In this document: positions 1 through 12,410 of the stretch, in pieces
How positions within the stretch are numbered: position 1 is the first letter of the stretch
Layout: every line of letters starts with the position of its first letter
Assembly: GCA_036785375.1 (NCBI GenBank)
Contig: JAWMAR010000008.1
Coordinates: 17,174,001-17,238,000, forward strand
DNA: 64,000 nt
Direction of reading: 5' to 3'
DNA from: Leucoraja ocellata
Taxonomy: Eukaryota
Program-made: the position numbers and the translations under genes
The notes under the pieces: model-generated
Databases searched by the model: none
What the model was told of the DNA's origin: nothing
What the model saw: the letters and a program-made list of their open reading frames with translations, nothing else

Positions 1-75
1 TTAACACTATCCTACACCCACCGGGGACAATTTTTTACATTTACTAAGCCAATTAACCTACAAACCTGTATGTTA
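1..75 (-). mobile_element. HE1-like V-SINE fragment
   Basis: reverse complement of the aggttaattggct...gtgtaggatagtgttaa segment seen in full copies in this window. Confidence 0.7.
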
Positions 76-1612
76 GACATTAGAAAATAGTTATCTTAGT
101 TGCATGTTTGGTACGTTCAGCCAGGGAGGAGCTTAGTTTTCCTGCAGCACTGAATGACATTCACTTCAGCAATAATGGGAAACCTCTAAATTAATGAAAT
201 GATGTCAAATGAGGTTGCATTCACAGTAATGTGGGGCAGATGAAATATAACTTTGTGTAGTTATTTATTATGCATTAGATCAGCTGTACAAACTTTTTTT
301 GTTCCTGATTAATTTGTAAAGAAAGAAGGAAGTCAATGTATATATGTATTTGATGCGTGTTTTTACAGTGAAAACAAAATGTGTGAAACCCATTTTTCCT
401 GGCTTAAGCTGAAGGGTGTGATGTTATTGTGCCTGTTTAAGCAGGTTTGATGAGTTCACAGTTACATGGTTACTGAGATCCTCTGGCTAACTTGGTCGCT
501 TGCTTGGTTGCAGTTCTTTGAACTGAATCACTGGAAACAACAGATCAGTTGGCTACTTTGCTCCAAATTAATAGCATGATTCTCATGAGACTGCTCCTGG
601 CCCTTACAATGCTTGTAGTTGAGTTTGAAGCTTCAAGTCTAGCCATGGACAATTATGACATCCATTTTGAACCTGCGTTGAGCTTTTGATATACATCCCG
701 CCCATCATAAAAGCTATGAACTAGGTATCATTGCCTGCCTTAGCCCTTGCTTCAGTACTTTGTGCTGAACCCCTTGTCGATATCATTGTGAAGGTGATTA
801 CTTGAATTATCTGCTAGCTAGCTTCCCATTCTCCACACTCTATGTTTGAAATTCTCCCTTGCATATAAATGTTCTTCAACTCTCATTTACTCATCGCTCC
901 TTGACTTGTTATCTTCATTGGTGTCTGGCCTAGCTGTCTTAAATTTAAAATTCACATCCTTCAAATCTAGTCACAGTTTCATTCTTCTCTAACTAACAGA
1001 GTAACTTTATTCCCACACACACCCTCCTGCAAAGCCACCAACAACTTTCCAAAATCTCTCGCCCTACCTCCCTCCCAAATGATGGTCCCTAGTGCTTCTC
1101 TGATATTGCTCAGACGCTTCAAATATAACTCTTTCTACTTCCTCCTCCTTTAAAATTATGCTTAAAAATCTACTTTACCTATGCCCTAATAATTAGATTT
1201 GTTGATAATGCCCCTGAAGTTCTGGGGATGTTTTATACAGTGAAGGCAGTTTTATGATTATTATGTTCTGTAAAATAACCACATTAAACAATCACATTTT
1301 AATTTTTCTTAATTTGAGTGTTTTGAATGAACTAATTTTAACGTAATTTATGTTTAGTAATTCCAGTTCTACATTCCTCGACGACTATGTTATTTCAGTT
1401 ATTGTGTGAATGCTGCTGAAAGCTCAGGAGTGGTTAACAACATTCTGTATGTGTTCAGTGAGATCTAACTGCATTGTTAATTAATGCTGTCCAGTCTTTT
1501 TATATTAGTATTGACGTAAAGAGCATTAATATTGTGCAAGTCTACCTGTTGGAATATGATACTCCGTTTTGATGTACAGGTTTAAATTTCATCTCATTTG
1601 TCTTTTTCTTAG

Positions 1613-1708
<96 letters not shown>

Positions 1709-2394
1709 TGACCTCTTGTGTTTGAGATGTCAGCAGATGGTAAAGTCAATACTTGCATTTTGGTTTTCTCTAATGTAATCACTCGAGGTGTTTGTCAATT
1801 CCATTCCACTCAAACTATACAGTGAGCACACAAGCAAGTTTGTAATGTGATATGCTTTTCATAGAGTAATCCATCATGAAAACAGGCCCTCTGGCCTAAA
1901 GTGTCCATTCTGGCCAACATGCACCTTTTTCCTCATCTACGCTCGTGGCAGTTTACAATAGTCATTAATCCTACCAATTCGTTCATCTTTGACATGTTGC
2001 AGGCGCCCTGGGGGCAACCTAAGTGGTCCCAAATAAAATGTGCAAAGCCCACGCCGCACCCAAGGTCAGGATTGAACGTGTGTTTCTGGAGGTGATGGGG
2101 AAGTAGCATTACTTGTTACATTGCTGTCCTACTGACAGTTAAATCTGGATGTCGCTCTGACATTCAGATACAAATATCAGGAGTCGCGCAATTGATTTTG
2201 TCAGTTCATTTATATTGGAAAGTGATTTGATTTATTATCCAAGTTTCTATTGATACAATGTGAATGTTCATTGCCAGTTTCAATATTTAGTTATATATTG
2301 CTGGCATTTGAAGGTAGTTCAATTTAGTGCTACAAAAGTTCATACTTGAAGACAGCATGGCTTGTGGTTTGCCTTCTTTTAATTTCCTGTTCCC

Positions 2395-3105
2395 AACATA
2401 GAACAGTACAGGACAAGAATAGGCCTTTCAGCCCATAATGTCTGTGCCCAACGTGCCAAGACCAACTCTTAACTGCCTGCACATAATCTGTATCCTCCGT
2501 TCTGCATATCCATATGCGTATCCAAAAGTTTCTTAAATATCACTATCATATTTGTGTCACTCACAGTACGTTCCAGACACTCACCTGCCTCTGTTTAAAA
2601 AAAATAAAAACACATCTCCTTTAAACTTTGCCCCTCTCACCTTAAACCTGTTCCATCCTGGAAAAAAGTTTCTGACTGTCTACCCTATCTATACCTCTCA
2701 TAATTTTACATACATGTATCAAGTCTACCCGCAACATCCAGTATTCTAGAAAAAACAATCCAAGTCTGTCCAACCTCTCCCTGTCGCTAATAATCCCAGA
2801 TCCAGGCATAATTGTGATAAACCTCACCGACGCCCTTTCTAAAGCCTCTAAATCTTTCCTGCAAAGGGGTGACCAGAACTGCATGTAAAATACACCCAAT
2901 GCGACCCTCAATGCTTTGACCAATGAAGGCAAGCATACCATATGCCTTTATCACTCTATCTAGTTGTGTTTCAGGGATTAGTGACACTAAGACTCCTATG
3001 TACATCAACGTTACCAAGGGTCATGCCATTAGTTTTTTCCCCTTGCATTCAACCTCCTAAAGTGTAACCCTCACACTTGTTCAGATTAAACTCTGTCTAC
3101 CATTT
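2395..3105 (-). mobile_element. CR1/HER1-like LINE 3' fragment
   Basis: ORF 2642..2941(-) QFWSP...RLDRLGLFFLE...DLIHVCKIMRGIDRVD; CR1-type 3' tail; ends approximate. Confidence 0.85.
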
Positions 3106-4021
3106 CTACTTTAACAGCCTTTCCCGTGACCCCAGCAATCCCATTTTAATAAGCTCTAAGCTGATCCTTTCGATGCATTTTTAATAATAATTTAATTTCT
3201 AACGCCTTGTTCAAATCCACAGTTGCAAACATGGCAATAAATTGACAAATAATTATACTGAAAATAAAGGTACAACTGTGCACTTGGTGATTAATCTTTC
3301 TCATTGGTGCCTTTTGCTATACTGATGCCCAGTATCTAATTAATAGCAACATTGATCTTATTCCACCTAAATTAGATTTTTTTTTAAATCCAGAAGTAGC
3401 CTATAAGTGTGGTTGATAAACCCAAGTTGTATAATGTCAAATTCAGTAGCGATGTAGGGCCAGATTACTTTACTTTCATTGCCACAATAACCACTTCCCA
3501 TTGCAGTCTTGGTCAAATGTGTTTTGAGCTGGAGTTATTGGACACTGAGCATTCTTGATGTTTAGCCACTTTTATTATCATTTAATAATGTTCTTCATAG
3601 CTTTTCTTAAAATAATTGTTGCAGTATATCTTAAATATAATGTCATAATTGGCATTAATCAAAATATATTTTACATCCTAATTTTTGAAAGCAATTAATA
3701 TTTATAGCATACAATGAAAGTGAATTGTTAATTGTTTTTTTTTACCCAATTTCCACATTAGTCGTGCGCAGTGCAAGAAGACTAAGCAAATCGGATTTCT
3801 TTCCGATGTCTTCTGCGCCTGTTGATTTATTTATAAATGTTTGAAACGTGGTAACTAGAAACCATCAGCACTGTTTTATAGCGTTTTCCATCATGTCTGA
3901 TGCATAACTTTATTGTGGTAAAGATAAAGGTCCAACTATGCCTGTATCGACAGCTGAAGGACAAATCTATTGACAGCGATGTAGCATTATAATTTGAAAG
4001 ATTTTGTGATCTTCATTTTAG

Positions 4022-4063
4022 GAGCTTCAACATGAAAACATCGTTGCACTTTATGATGTTCAG
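4022..4063 (+). CDS. ULK2: ULK2 exon 3: ELQHENIVALYDVQ
   Basis: ttttag| ... cag|gtaaga, 42 nt; matches the recalled human ULK2 peptide. Confidence 0.96.
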
Positions 4064-5522
4064 GTAAGAATCTGTTTTTATTTTTACTCATTCATTCTTT
4101 CAAAGTGAAATTATCATAACTATTAATGCCAGAGCTAGCTAAATATGACAATTCTTAATCAGAGAATGCCTAAAAATTATCATGAGTTTCTGTACTATGA
4201 AGTATTAAGAAAATTATAAAGAAATTAACCTCCTTCAGTTTCTATCTGAAGGATTTGTTTTCTTTAAAATCGGGACCCCAATCTTAATTGGTATTGTTTA
4301 TTATTGTCTCATGTACTACGAAACGTTGAAAAGGTTTGTGTGGCTATCTAGGCAATCATATCATACATGAGCACAATCATATCATTGGACAATCAATATA
4401 ACAGGTAGTGCAAAAAAAGAGGGCAAACAGTGCAGAATATCTGTTACAGCTACAAAGAAATTGCAGATTTTTTTTTAAGTGCAAGGGGCCACATCGAAGT
4501 AGATTGGGATATCAAGAATAATACATCCTCGGCAAATGAGAAGTCCATTCAAGAGTCCGAAAACAGAAATGAAAAATGTGTGTGTTCTGTTAACAAGGTT
4601 ATGTCGATGTTTTATGAGCAGTTCATGGTTTAAAGATAAAGTCAGGTGCTCAGCTATAAACGTTTGCATGTAATTATTGTCTAATTGTGTTTTGTCCAAT
4701 GTTACCATTGATCATTGACCTGGATTATATAATTTAGCTCCACTTATAAACAATTTCTTGTACTTAAATATATTTCTTATAAATTGCACTACCTGAAAGA
4801 AATCCTTAGAGAAGCACAGCATATGTCTTCCTAAAGAAGTGGCCATCAGCAAGCTGAATGCTACAAACCTCAATGACGAAAGTGGAAAATGGAGAGCAAC
4901 AGGGAATATTTATTAGGTGAACAGTGGGCAATTCCATAAAACTGAAAGTGGAATGTGATCTTAACACGTCTTTCCCATATGCAGCAGTGCTTTATGAGAC
5001 TTGCAATCTTGCAAAAGGGAGTTGTCAAACTTATGAATAGATTTGGGTTACTAAGACTGTCAGTGGCCAAGAACTGCTGATATCAGCTGGTTGCTGGATG
5101 GAGTTTTTCATACCATCTGTTAACAGGCAGAGATGTTTACAAATGATCCAGAACATTACCTGCTGTTGTGTGGTTACACAAAGTACGAAATGAACTGCTG
5201 AGGTGCTTTGTCCTGACAGCAGGCAACGGTAGTCAAGATCTAAGGGAAATAAGTAATGTGTGATTATTATATGTCTTGCTTGTTGGAAGTTATATTTTGA
5301 GGATATTAGGAGATATAATTGGAAAATGAATTTTCCTTTTTATTTCGTCCCTAACCCCTACTCATATTTCTTCAGGTCATCTGTTTAAAACAAATTGCAG
5401 TATGTGTTACATTAAAAAAAATCATACTGAACAATGGAACAAAAACTGCTTTTATAGTTTTTCCTTGTTACTTCCCCAGCCAGAATACCAGGAATTGGTA
5501 AAACAACACAAGGATTATAGTA

Positions 5523-5667
5523 AGATAGGCACGAAAAGCTGGAGTAACACAGCGGGATGGGCCGCATCTCTGGAGAGAAGGAATCGGTGATGTTTCAGGT
5601 CCCGCTGAGTTACTCCAGCTTTTTGGGTCTATCTTTGGTTTAAACCAGCATCTGCAGTTCCGTCCTG
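5523..5667. mobile_element. Palindromic Penelope-derived short element
   Basis: inverted arms gctggagtaac.cagcggga / cccgctgagttactccagc; flanking direct repeat CACAAG(G/A)AT(T/C)ATAGTA at 5507-5522 and 5668-5683. Confidence 0.75.
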
Positions 5668-5744
5668 CACAAGAATCATAGTACTTATTTTGAAGTTGAT
5701 CCACTATGTATATGTTCCATTGTACTTCAGTTTGACTTTATCAA

Positions 5745-5925
5745 GAGACAGTTAGATTTAGCTCTTAGTGCTAAGGGAATCAAGGGGTATGGGGAAAAGG
5801 CCGGAACCGGGTAACAGGAACTGCAGATGTTGGTTTTGGATAATCAGCCATGATCATATTGAATGACGGTGCTGGCTCGAAGGGCCGAATGGCCTACTCC
5901 TGCACCTATTTTCTATGTTTCTATC
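5745..5925 (+). mobile_element. CR1 3' end
   Basis: gatcatattgaatg...gaagggccgaatggcctactcctgcacct...ttctatgtttcta; near-identical to 34468-34715. Confidence 0.8.
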
Positions 5926-6444
5926 ACTCTGTCACATGCATTTCATGCTGAACGATTACCAAATGATATGGCATCCTTGTTTCTTTTAACCCCAAGAGGT
6001 TCTTGTTGAGGCATGTAATTTACACACTGCTATGTTAAATAGTAAATAATGGATACTGAGGAATTATTCTAAACTTTCAACCTAAGTAAATCTTGGTGAG
6101 ACCCGACCCTCAAGTGGTTTGAAAATACACAGATGACTCGTATCTTTCTTTCTGTCAAGGAACCTTTTTGATTTTATTTGAAGTATAAATGGCATGTAAC
6201 ACATCTCTTGGGCAAACAGAAACTTGAAGCATTGTTGTAAATGTTTAGTTGCGAGCCTGTTCCTTTCAAGACATTGCTATTGTACTCCCTGTCAAGTAAT
6301 AGTTTAAATGGATCTCATGGTCAACTAAAGGCTATTGTTTGGAAGTAGCAACCGTTTGAGTCCTTGGTTTGTTATCATAACTTTTCTGTTATCTGAAGTT
6401 CAGACAGATGCTAAATCTAATTTATTATTCACTTGGTATCACAA

Positions 6445-7345
6445 GGTCCTAAATGAGTATTTCTCCTCTATATTTACCAAGGAGTAAGACAGTAGAACGG
6501 AGGAAATTGGAGCAGTCACTGGAAGTGTCTTGAGAACAGTCAGAGTTACCGTCGAAGAAGTACTGAAGGTACTGTCGTGTTTGTAGGTAGAAAAATCTCC
6601 AGGGCCTGATCTGATATATCCGAGGACATTGTGGCGAACTAGAGAAGAAATTGCAGGGGCCCTGATTGAAATTACAAGTCGTCCTTAAATACAGGAGAGG
6701 TGCCGGAAGACCTGAGGGTGGCAAATGTTATGCCTCTTTTCAAGAAGGGCTGTAGGAAAAATGCTGGGAACTATAGGCTGGTGAGCTTAACATCTGTAGT
6801 TGGTAAGTTACTGGAGAGTATTCTGAGGGATAGGTTATACAGGCATTTGGATGGGCAAAGGCTGATTAGGGATAGTCAGCATGGTTTTGTACGTGGGAGG
6901 TCGTGTTTCACAAATCTGATTAATTTCTTTGAAGACGTGACCAAAAAGGTTGATGAGGGCAGAGATGTAGATGTTGTGTACATGGACTTCAGCAATGCAT
7001 CCGACAAGGTTCCGCATGGTAGGCTGCTCTGGAAGGGTAGATCGCATGGGATCCAAGGAGAGATAGCAAATTGGCCTCATGGAAGGAAGGAGAGGGTAAT
7101 GATGGAAGGTTGCTTCTCAGACTGGAGGCCTGTGACTAGTGGTGTGCCTCAGGGTTCGGTGCTGGGCCCGTTACCGTTTGTCATCTACATCAATGATTAG
7201 GATGAGAACATACAGGACAAGATTAGCAAGTATGCAGATGATACAAAAGTTAGTGGTTTTGCAGATAGTGAAGATGGTTGTGAAAGATTGCAACAGGATT
7301 GGAGGGGTAACTTTTTCACACAAAGGGTGGTGGGTGTATGGCCGT
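6445..7345 (+). mobile_element. CR1 LINE reverse-transcriptase fragment (degenerate, internally deleted)
   Basis: ORF 6700..7200 [42 protein letters not shown], followed by YADDTK. Confidence 0.93.
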
Positions 7346-9329
7346 GAGCCATAAATTACAACGGTTAGTTGTAATTTATACCAGTTTATGAAATTCATGG
7401 TATGCATATTTATCATTATAGATACCAATAAGATTCTTGTGGCACTTAAGTGGGACGGGCCCTTTATGCTGTTGATCTTTGGTGTTTTTCAAATGCATTC
7501 TTTGTGCATTGGGTCTTTGGTTTCTTTGTGATGTTGTATTGCTTTTACCAGTTTTTTAAATGAATCTATGCCATTGCTGGCATGAAAAATTACAATTAAA
7601 GGTAAAGGAATTTTGTTTCCAGCATTTCTGATCAATGCTAACCATTTTGTTTTGATGTGGCTTTCAGCCTGAAAGATGAACTATCCAGTTTGTGTTAAAG
7701 GACAAATACAATTTCACTTACTTGAAGAACTCACTTAACCCATGTGGGAGAATTTTTGAAATGGAAATATAATACTGGAAAACCTTAAGCAGGCCAGTCA
7801 ATGCAGAAACTGGTTAGGAGCACAGTTTATTGCTAGTGCTTGGCTATCTGTACTGGTTGTTGATTTACTTGCTAAGTGTGATCTTAACTCTCGCCTGAGC
7901 CTGTGAGTGATAATGGCAAGGGAGGGGTGTGGGATGGTGACAACTGAATAAATATCAATAGAGTAGTTGAAAACTTCAATCACCTTGACTTCATTCCCTG
8001 ACTAAACCTGTTGTTAACACCATCTCTGACTTTCAGAAATGTACAAAACAATCACAAACCAACAGTCAAAACATAATAACAATTTTAAAAGTACAAAATG
8101 ACAATAGTTAACTCTCTAAATATATCTAACTACATTTATATTAAAAAAATAAATTGCCCTAATACTGGCATCCCTGCTGGGGTTTATCTCTATCCAAATA
8201 AATTGATGCTGCTTGCATGCCAAGTTAGGCCTGTGTCAATTCAAGGGCAGATTTCCTAGAATAGCTGTTGGGGAATTGTGGCAGGTTTGGCATCTGGTCC
8301 TGGAAACCATCAGGTATTAGGAAGTTTGCCAACAAAGTGTAACCAGCAAGTTCAGGAATTTAACATTTGTGGCACCATCTGAATTTAAAGTAACTTGTGT
8401 GGAGAATTAAGCACATTTTCTTTCAGAACGATTGACATTTCCCCATTATAAACAGGACCATTCAACTTGTAAAAGGAAAGATTGGAGATCTGTATCCTTT
8501 AATTAGTGTGTTTTCATTTCTGTTCATGCTGCCAGGGAGGGTCTGCAACATTTTCTGTAATTTAGCTTCCAGCATCTGCAATGCTAGCATTTGTCCACGG
8601 TCTTTTATCAGGTTTTGGAACACATTTACATAGCTGTTGTTCGCAATCCGTTGTGCTTGTAGATAGCCAAGGAAGATGTTTTTAATAGCTGTGTTTAATA
8701 ACCAAAATGAACAAAATGTTTGCGAAAGCTGAAATAAAACCTTCAAAGTGAACAGTAATTAATTTTTGATTAATTCAGTAATGCCCCGTTTAAACTTTTG
8801 TTTCTCTAGTATAAACATTTGCAGCCTCTCACAATGATTTTTGTACCTTATTGAGGTAGTAATATTTGTTCTAGCTACTTTTCAATGCTCAGGTTAATTT
8901 CTGATGGTATAGTTATAAATAGTGTACATAGTATTTTAATGAGAACAGATAGTACAGCCTATGAACTCAAAATCAATTCATTATCAGCACTCTATTCATC
9001 TCTCTGTCATTCATATTAGTCCTTTTCTGCTGGAGTACTCTGTGCTAATGGCTTCATTGATCTATTGTCCCGTGTCCTCAAACCATCTCTTTGTTTAGTA
9101 CCATCAAATCCTACGAGTCAGCTTATTATTATCACCAGTTATTACCCTTTCCCCAGTCTCCTGATTTTTGTATTTGTTCAAAGTGTTTTACGTGACATTT
9201 CCTTTCCAGCTCAGCAAAAGCAAGAATTTCAATACTAAGCCCTGGATAACCCTGCTTTTGATCTTTTTGCAGCATGAAAATATTTCAGATATGGTTGTGC
9301 TCTGTTTTAAACTACTGTCCCATATATGT

Positions 9330-9512
9330 TTGAAGATAGATACAAAATACTGGAGTAACTCAGCAGGACAGGCAGTATTTCTGGAGAGGAGTGGGTGATG
9401 TTTCGGGTCGAGACCAGTCTTGAGAAGGGTCTCAACCCGAAATGTCACTGAGTTACTCCAGCATTTTGTGTCTACCTTCGGTTTAAACCAGCATCTGAAG
9501 TTCCTTCCTACA
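9330..9512. mobile_element. Palindromic Penelope-derived short element
   Basis: inverted arms around a degenerate gagaagggtctcaacccgaaatgtc core. Confidence 0.75.
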
Positions 9513-10814
9513 TTTGTTCCATGTCCTACATAATGCTAGATTTTTGTGGCCTGTTTCATAATCACTGATGTGGAACTTTGTCAGGAACTTTGTAAATCCA
9601 AGCACATTACAGTAACCTGTTGTTGAATATATTTAAAAAAAACTGCAGATACTGGAAATGTAAAATGCTGCTAATACTCAGGGCAGGTTGCATCTGTGGG
9701 AAGAAAGTCAACATTTCAGGTCAGGGATCCTTTGTCAGAACATGTAGCTTATTCCTGTTGTGACACACAAGTAATAATTCAAGAAAGCTTCCAGTCAATA
9801 AATGAACGTCATTGGTTTTGCAATTGTTCATTTATTCTTCCCTTGAACTGTTGTTGAACTATATTGTTCATAATATGCTTCTTAACTCCCTTTTTTCAAG
9901 TTATACAAATGTACTCAGATAGGAATTGTAAAGTGGAGTTTAGCTGCTGGGGACCTTGTCACTCATCTGGAATACTTGACCCAATATATAACCTGTGAAA
10001 TTTGAATTTGTTTTAACATGGAGGGCATTTTATTGAGTAATACTGAAATGACAGGATGTCCGTTCCCAGCATTTTTAATGTTTTTTTAAACCGAGTTACT
10101 TTGGCATCTTTGTAAATTTTGGTCATATTATAACTTTGACATTTAAATATTACCAAGGTGGTATATACACATTTCAAACAATGGAATACTGACTTGTCTT
10201 GTTTCATGCAATCCAGACATTTGTATTACTCGTCAGTAGTCTGCCAAACTATCATTGTGATAGAAAGTTGAGTTCAAGTTCTTGAGCACAAAATTGCAGG
10301 CTCTTTTATTGTTATGAGGTTGCATTAAATTTCAGCCAAACATTTACAGTCGTTCACGCACTCAGTAAGTTAAAACAATAATCATGAGATTTTGAAGCAA
10401 AGCCAATAAATTTGTTCTAATACCTTGAGTCAACATTTATCCTTCAACCTCTGCTACTAAAAGTAGATTACTGTGCATACTTGTCTTGTTTTGCAGCTTA
10501 CAGCAGTGGCTGTGTTTTGTAAATACTTCATTAGCTCCAAATTACTCCAGAAAGGTGCAAAATACCTCATTTCCCCATTATTCCTCGACTGATAACCACA
10601 ACAGCTTTGTTCCACATCATGTTCAGCCCAGACATTGTGGGCCGATGGGCCTGTTTCTACGTTGTACCGCATTGCTCTATAGATGGTCCTTTCAGTGAAT
10701 CAATTATTACTCTTCTGAACAGTCTCTTGGAGATCTCATCCAAATCTGAAGTGGAGCAATTCAATTTTATCTTCCAAGCTACGTTAAAATATTTTTGTCT
10801 CTTTTTTGGTAAAT

Positions 10815-10950
10815 TGGTGCTTCCCTGGGGTCATCGGGTGTTTCGGGTCTCACAACATCAGACACCCTCGCCCAGACGACCCAGCCAGGGTTGATCAGGC
10901 CCCGACTTGCGTCCCAGCAGCAACCGCCCACGGATCAGCCATCTTAATAA
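10815..10950 (-). mobile_element. Hero-like (R2-group) non-LTR retrotransposon 3' end
   Basis: minus strand reads IKMADPWAVAAGTQVGA* then tcaaccctggctgggtcgtctgggcgagggtgtctgatgttgtgagacccgaaacacccgatgaccccagg, resembling the Hero ORF end and 3'UTR as I recall them. Confidence 0.6.
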
Positions 10951-11214
10951 CTACTCTGCAGGGGTTGGGAGACTTTAGTGCGTGGAGGGACTGGGCTCTG
11001 TGGATAGGTTACATGAGTTGAGATTTGTGACATTTAGAATAATAGAATGTGAATACTCCAATTCCCAAAGATTCAGTGGTCACTCAAATAGTGAGCTTAT
11101 GGAGATTTTGCGAGAGGGTGTAAAAAGTTACTGAGAAGTTACTGAAAGGGGAAAATAGATCAGCCATGATTGAATGACCCTATCAAGGCTATTGATCAAA
11201 TAAAACAACATTTC

Positions 11215-11754
11215 TGTTGTACGAGAATTTTGCCCGTTTAAAGTCCATAACGCTGCGGCCGACAGCACTCTTGTTTAAACGTTTGCGCGGCAAGTCTGTA
11301 GCCTGTGTGTATTATTTTTGCGCGACAAGTCTAGCGCTTTGTGTATTGCTTTGCACGCCAGTCTGCGGCCGGTAGTGCTTTGTTTCCAAAGGGTGGCGGG
11401 GGGGGTCTTGCTCGGATGAAGTCCCCTGCCATTGGGTGCAGTTTGAATTTGAGAGCAGCGCCATTGGCCAGGACTTGCCTGCGGTTATTTCAACGGCTGA
11501 TTTCTTCCTGTATAAAGGCATAAGGTGAGCCATAAGGTAGTTCATGTACGAGAGGGGTTCACTGACGGGTTGAATCGGGATCAGTGCTGCGGACAGAGGC
11601 AGGGAGAGAAAGAGGTGTGCCGCTGTAAAACAGACCCCGCGCATACAAAGACCAAGTATCGTTTTTGTCCTCTTGCCAATAAATTGATTTGTAACAAAAA
11701 CAGGCAAGTGAGCCTTTTTCTGTTCTACTAGTCAGATCCTGTTCCCTTGTAACA
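11215..11754 (+). mobile_element. Solo LTR, 540 bp
   Basis: TGTT...AACA termini, 5-bp TSD ATTTC (11210-11214 and 11755-11759), GC box, two inverted CCAAT (11431, 11463), TATAAA 11511, AATAAA 11678. Confidence 0.88.
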
Positions 11755-12291
11755 ATTTCCCAGTCCAAAAGAAATATATTTTCCTAATGAATGCCAACTG
11801 ATGTTTGTTTAAAAGCACTCGGTAGGAATATTAATGAGACACTGCAGCAATTAAATCAGAGCCTAGGTTATCTCTGATATAGTACATTTATTATTTTAAT
11901 TTGATTCTCAATAGATAGACAATGAAATGGTGTGTGTTAATTAAGAGTTAGATGGGTTTTCTGGGATGTGGAGTTGTTTGTATGGATTCGGTAATTATAA
12001 GATGTTATAATTTATTGCTTGGTGAATTGAATATAAAAGTTGGGAAGTTATGCTTAAGTTATATAGGACAATTGAACTTATTTAAGAAAATGTTAATATA
12101 TTGAAAACAGTTCAAAAAAGGTTTGAAGACTAATAACTGGAAAGGGTGGGTTGCCTTGTGAAGAAAGTTTAGTTTAGCGATACAGCAAGGAAGCAGGCCC
12201 TTCAGTTGACCAAGTCTGCGTCAACCAGTAATCTACGCACACTAGCACTATCCTACACACACTGGGGTCAAGTTACAATTTTACCAAACCA

Positions 12292-12393
12292 TCAGTCTGA
12301 AGAAGGGTCTCGACCCGAAACGTCATTCATTCCTTCTCTCCAGAGATGCTGCCTGTCCTGCTGAGTTACTCCAGCATTTTGTGTCTACCTTCG
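12292..12393 (+). mobile_element. Single-arm Penelope terminal element with intact hammerhead core (12297-12324)
   Basis: CTGAAGA-A-GGGT CTCG ACCC-GAAA-CGTC; TSD ATTTTACCAA(A/G)CCA at 12278-12291 and 12394-12407. Confidence 0.8.
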
Positions 12394-12410
12394 ATTTTAC
12401 CAAGCCAATT

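Noticed and set aside
448-530. Possible C/D box snoRNA (TGATGA ... CTGA ... CTGA)
   Set aside because: C box lacks the leading purine, the terminal stem is weak, and I see no convincing rRNA-complementary guide next to a D box.
10820-10870. Hammerhead on the minus strand (CTGATG...GAAAC)
   Set aside because: A9 is missing, no helix II forms and there is no UH cleavage site; better explained as a Hero-like 3'UTR.
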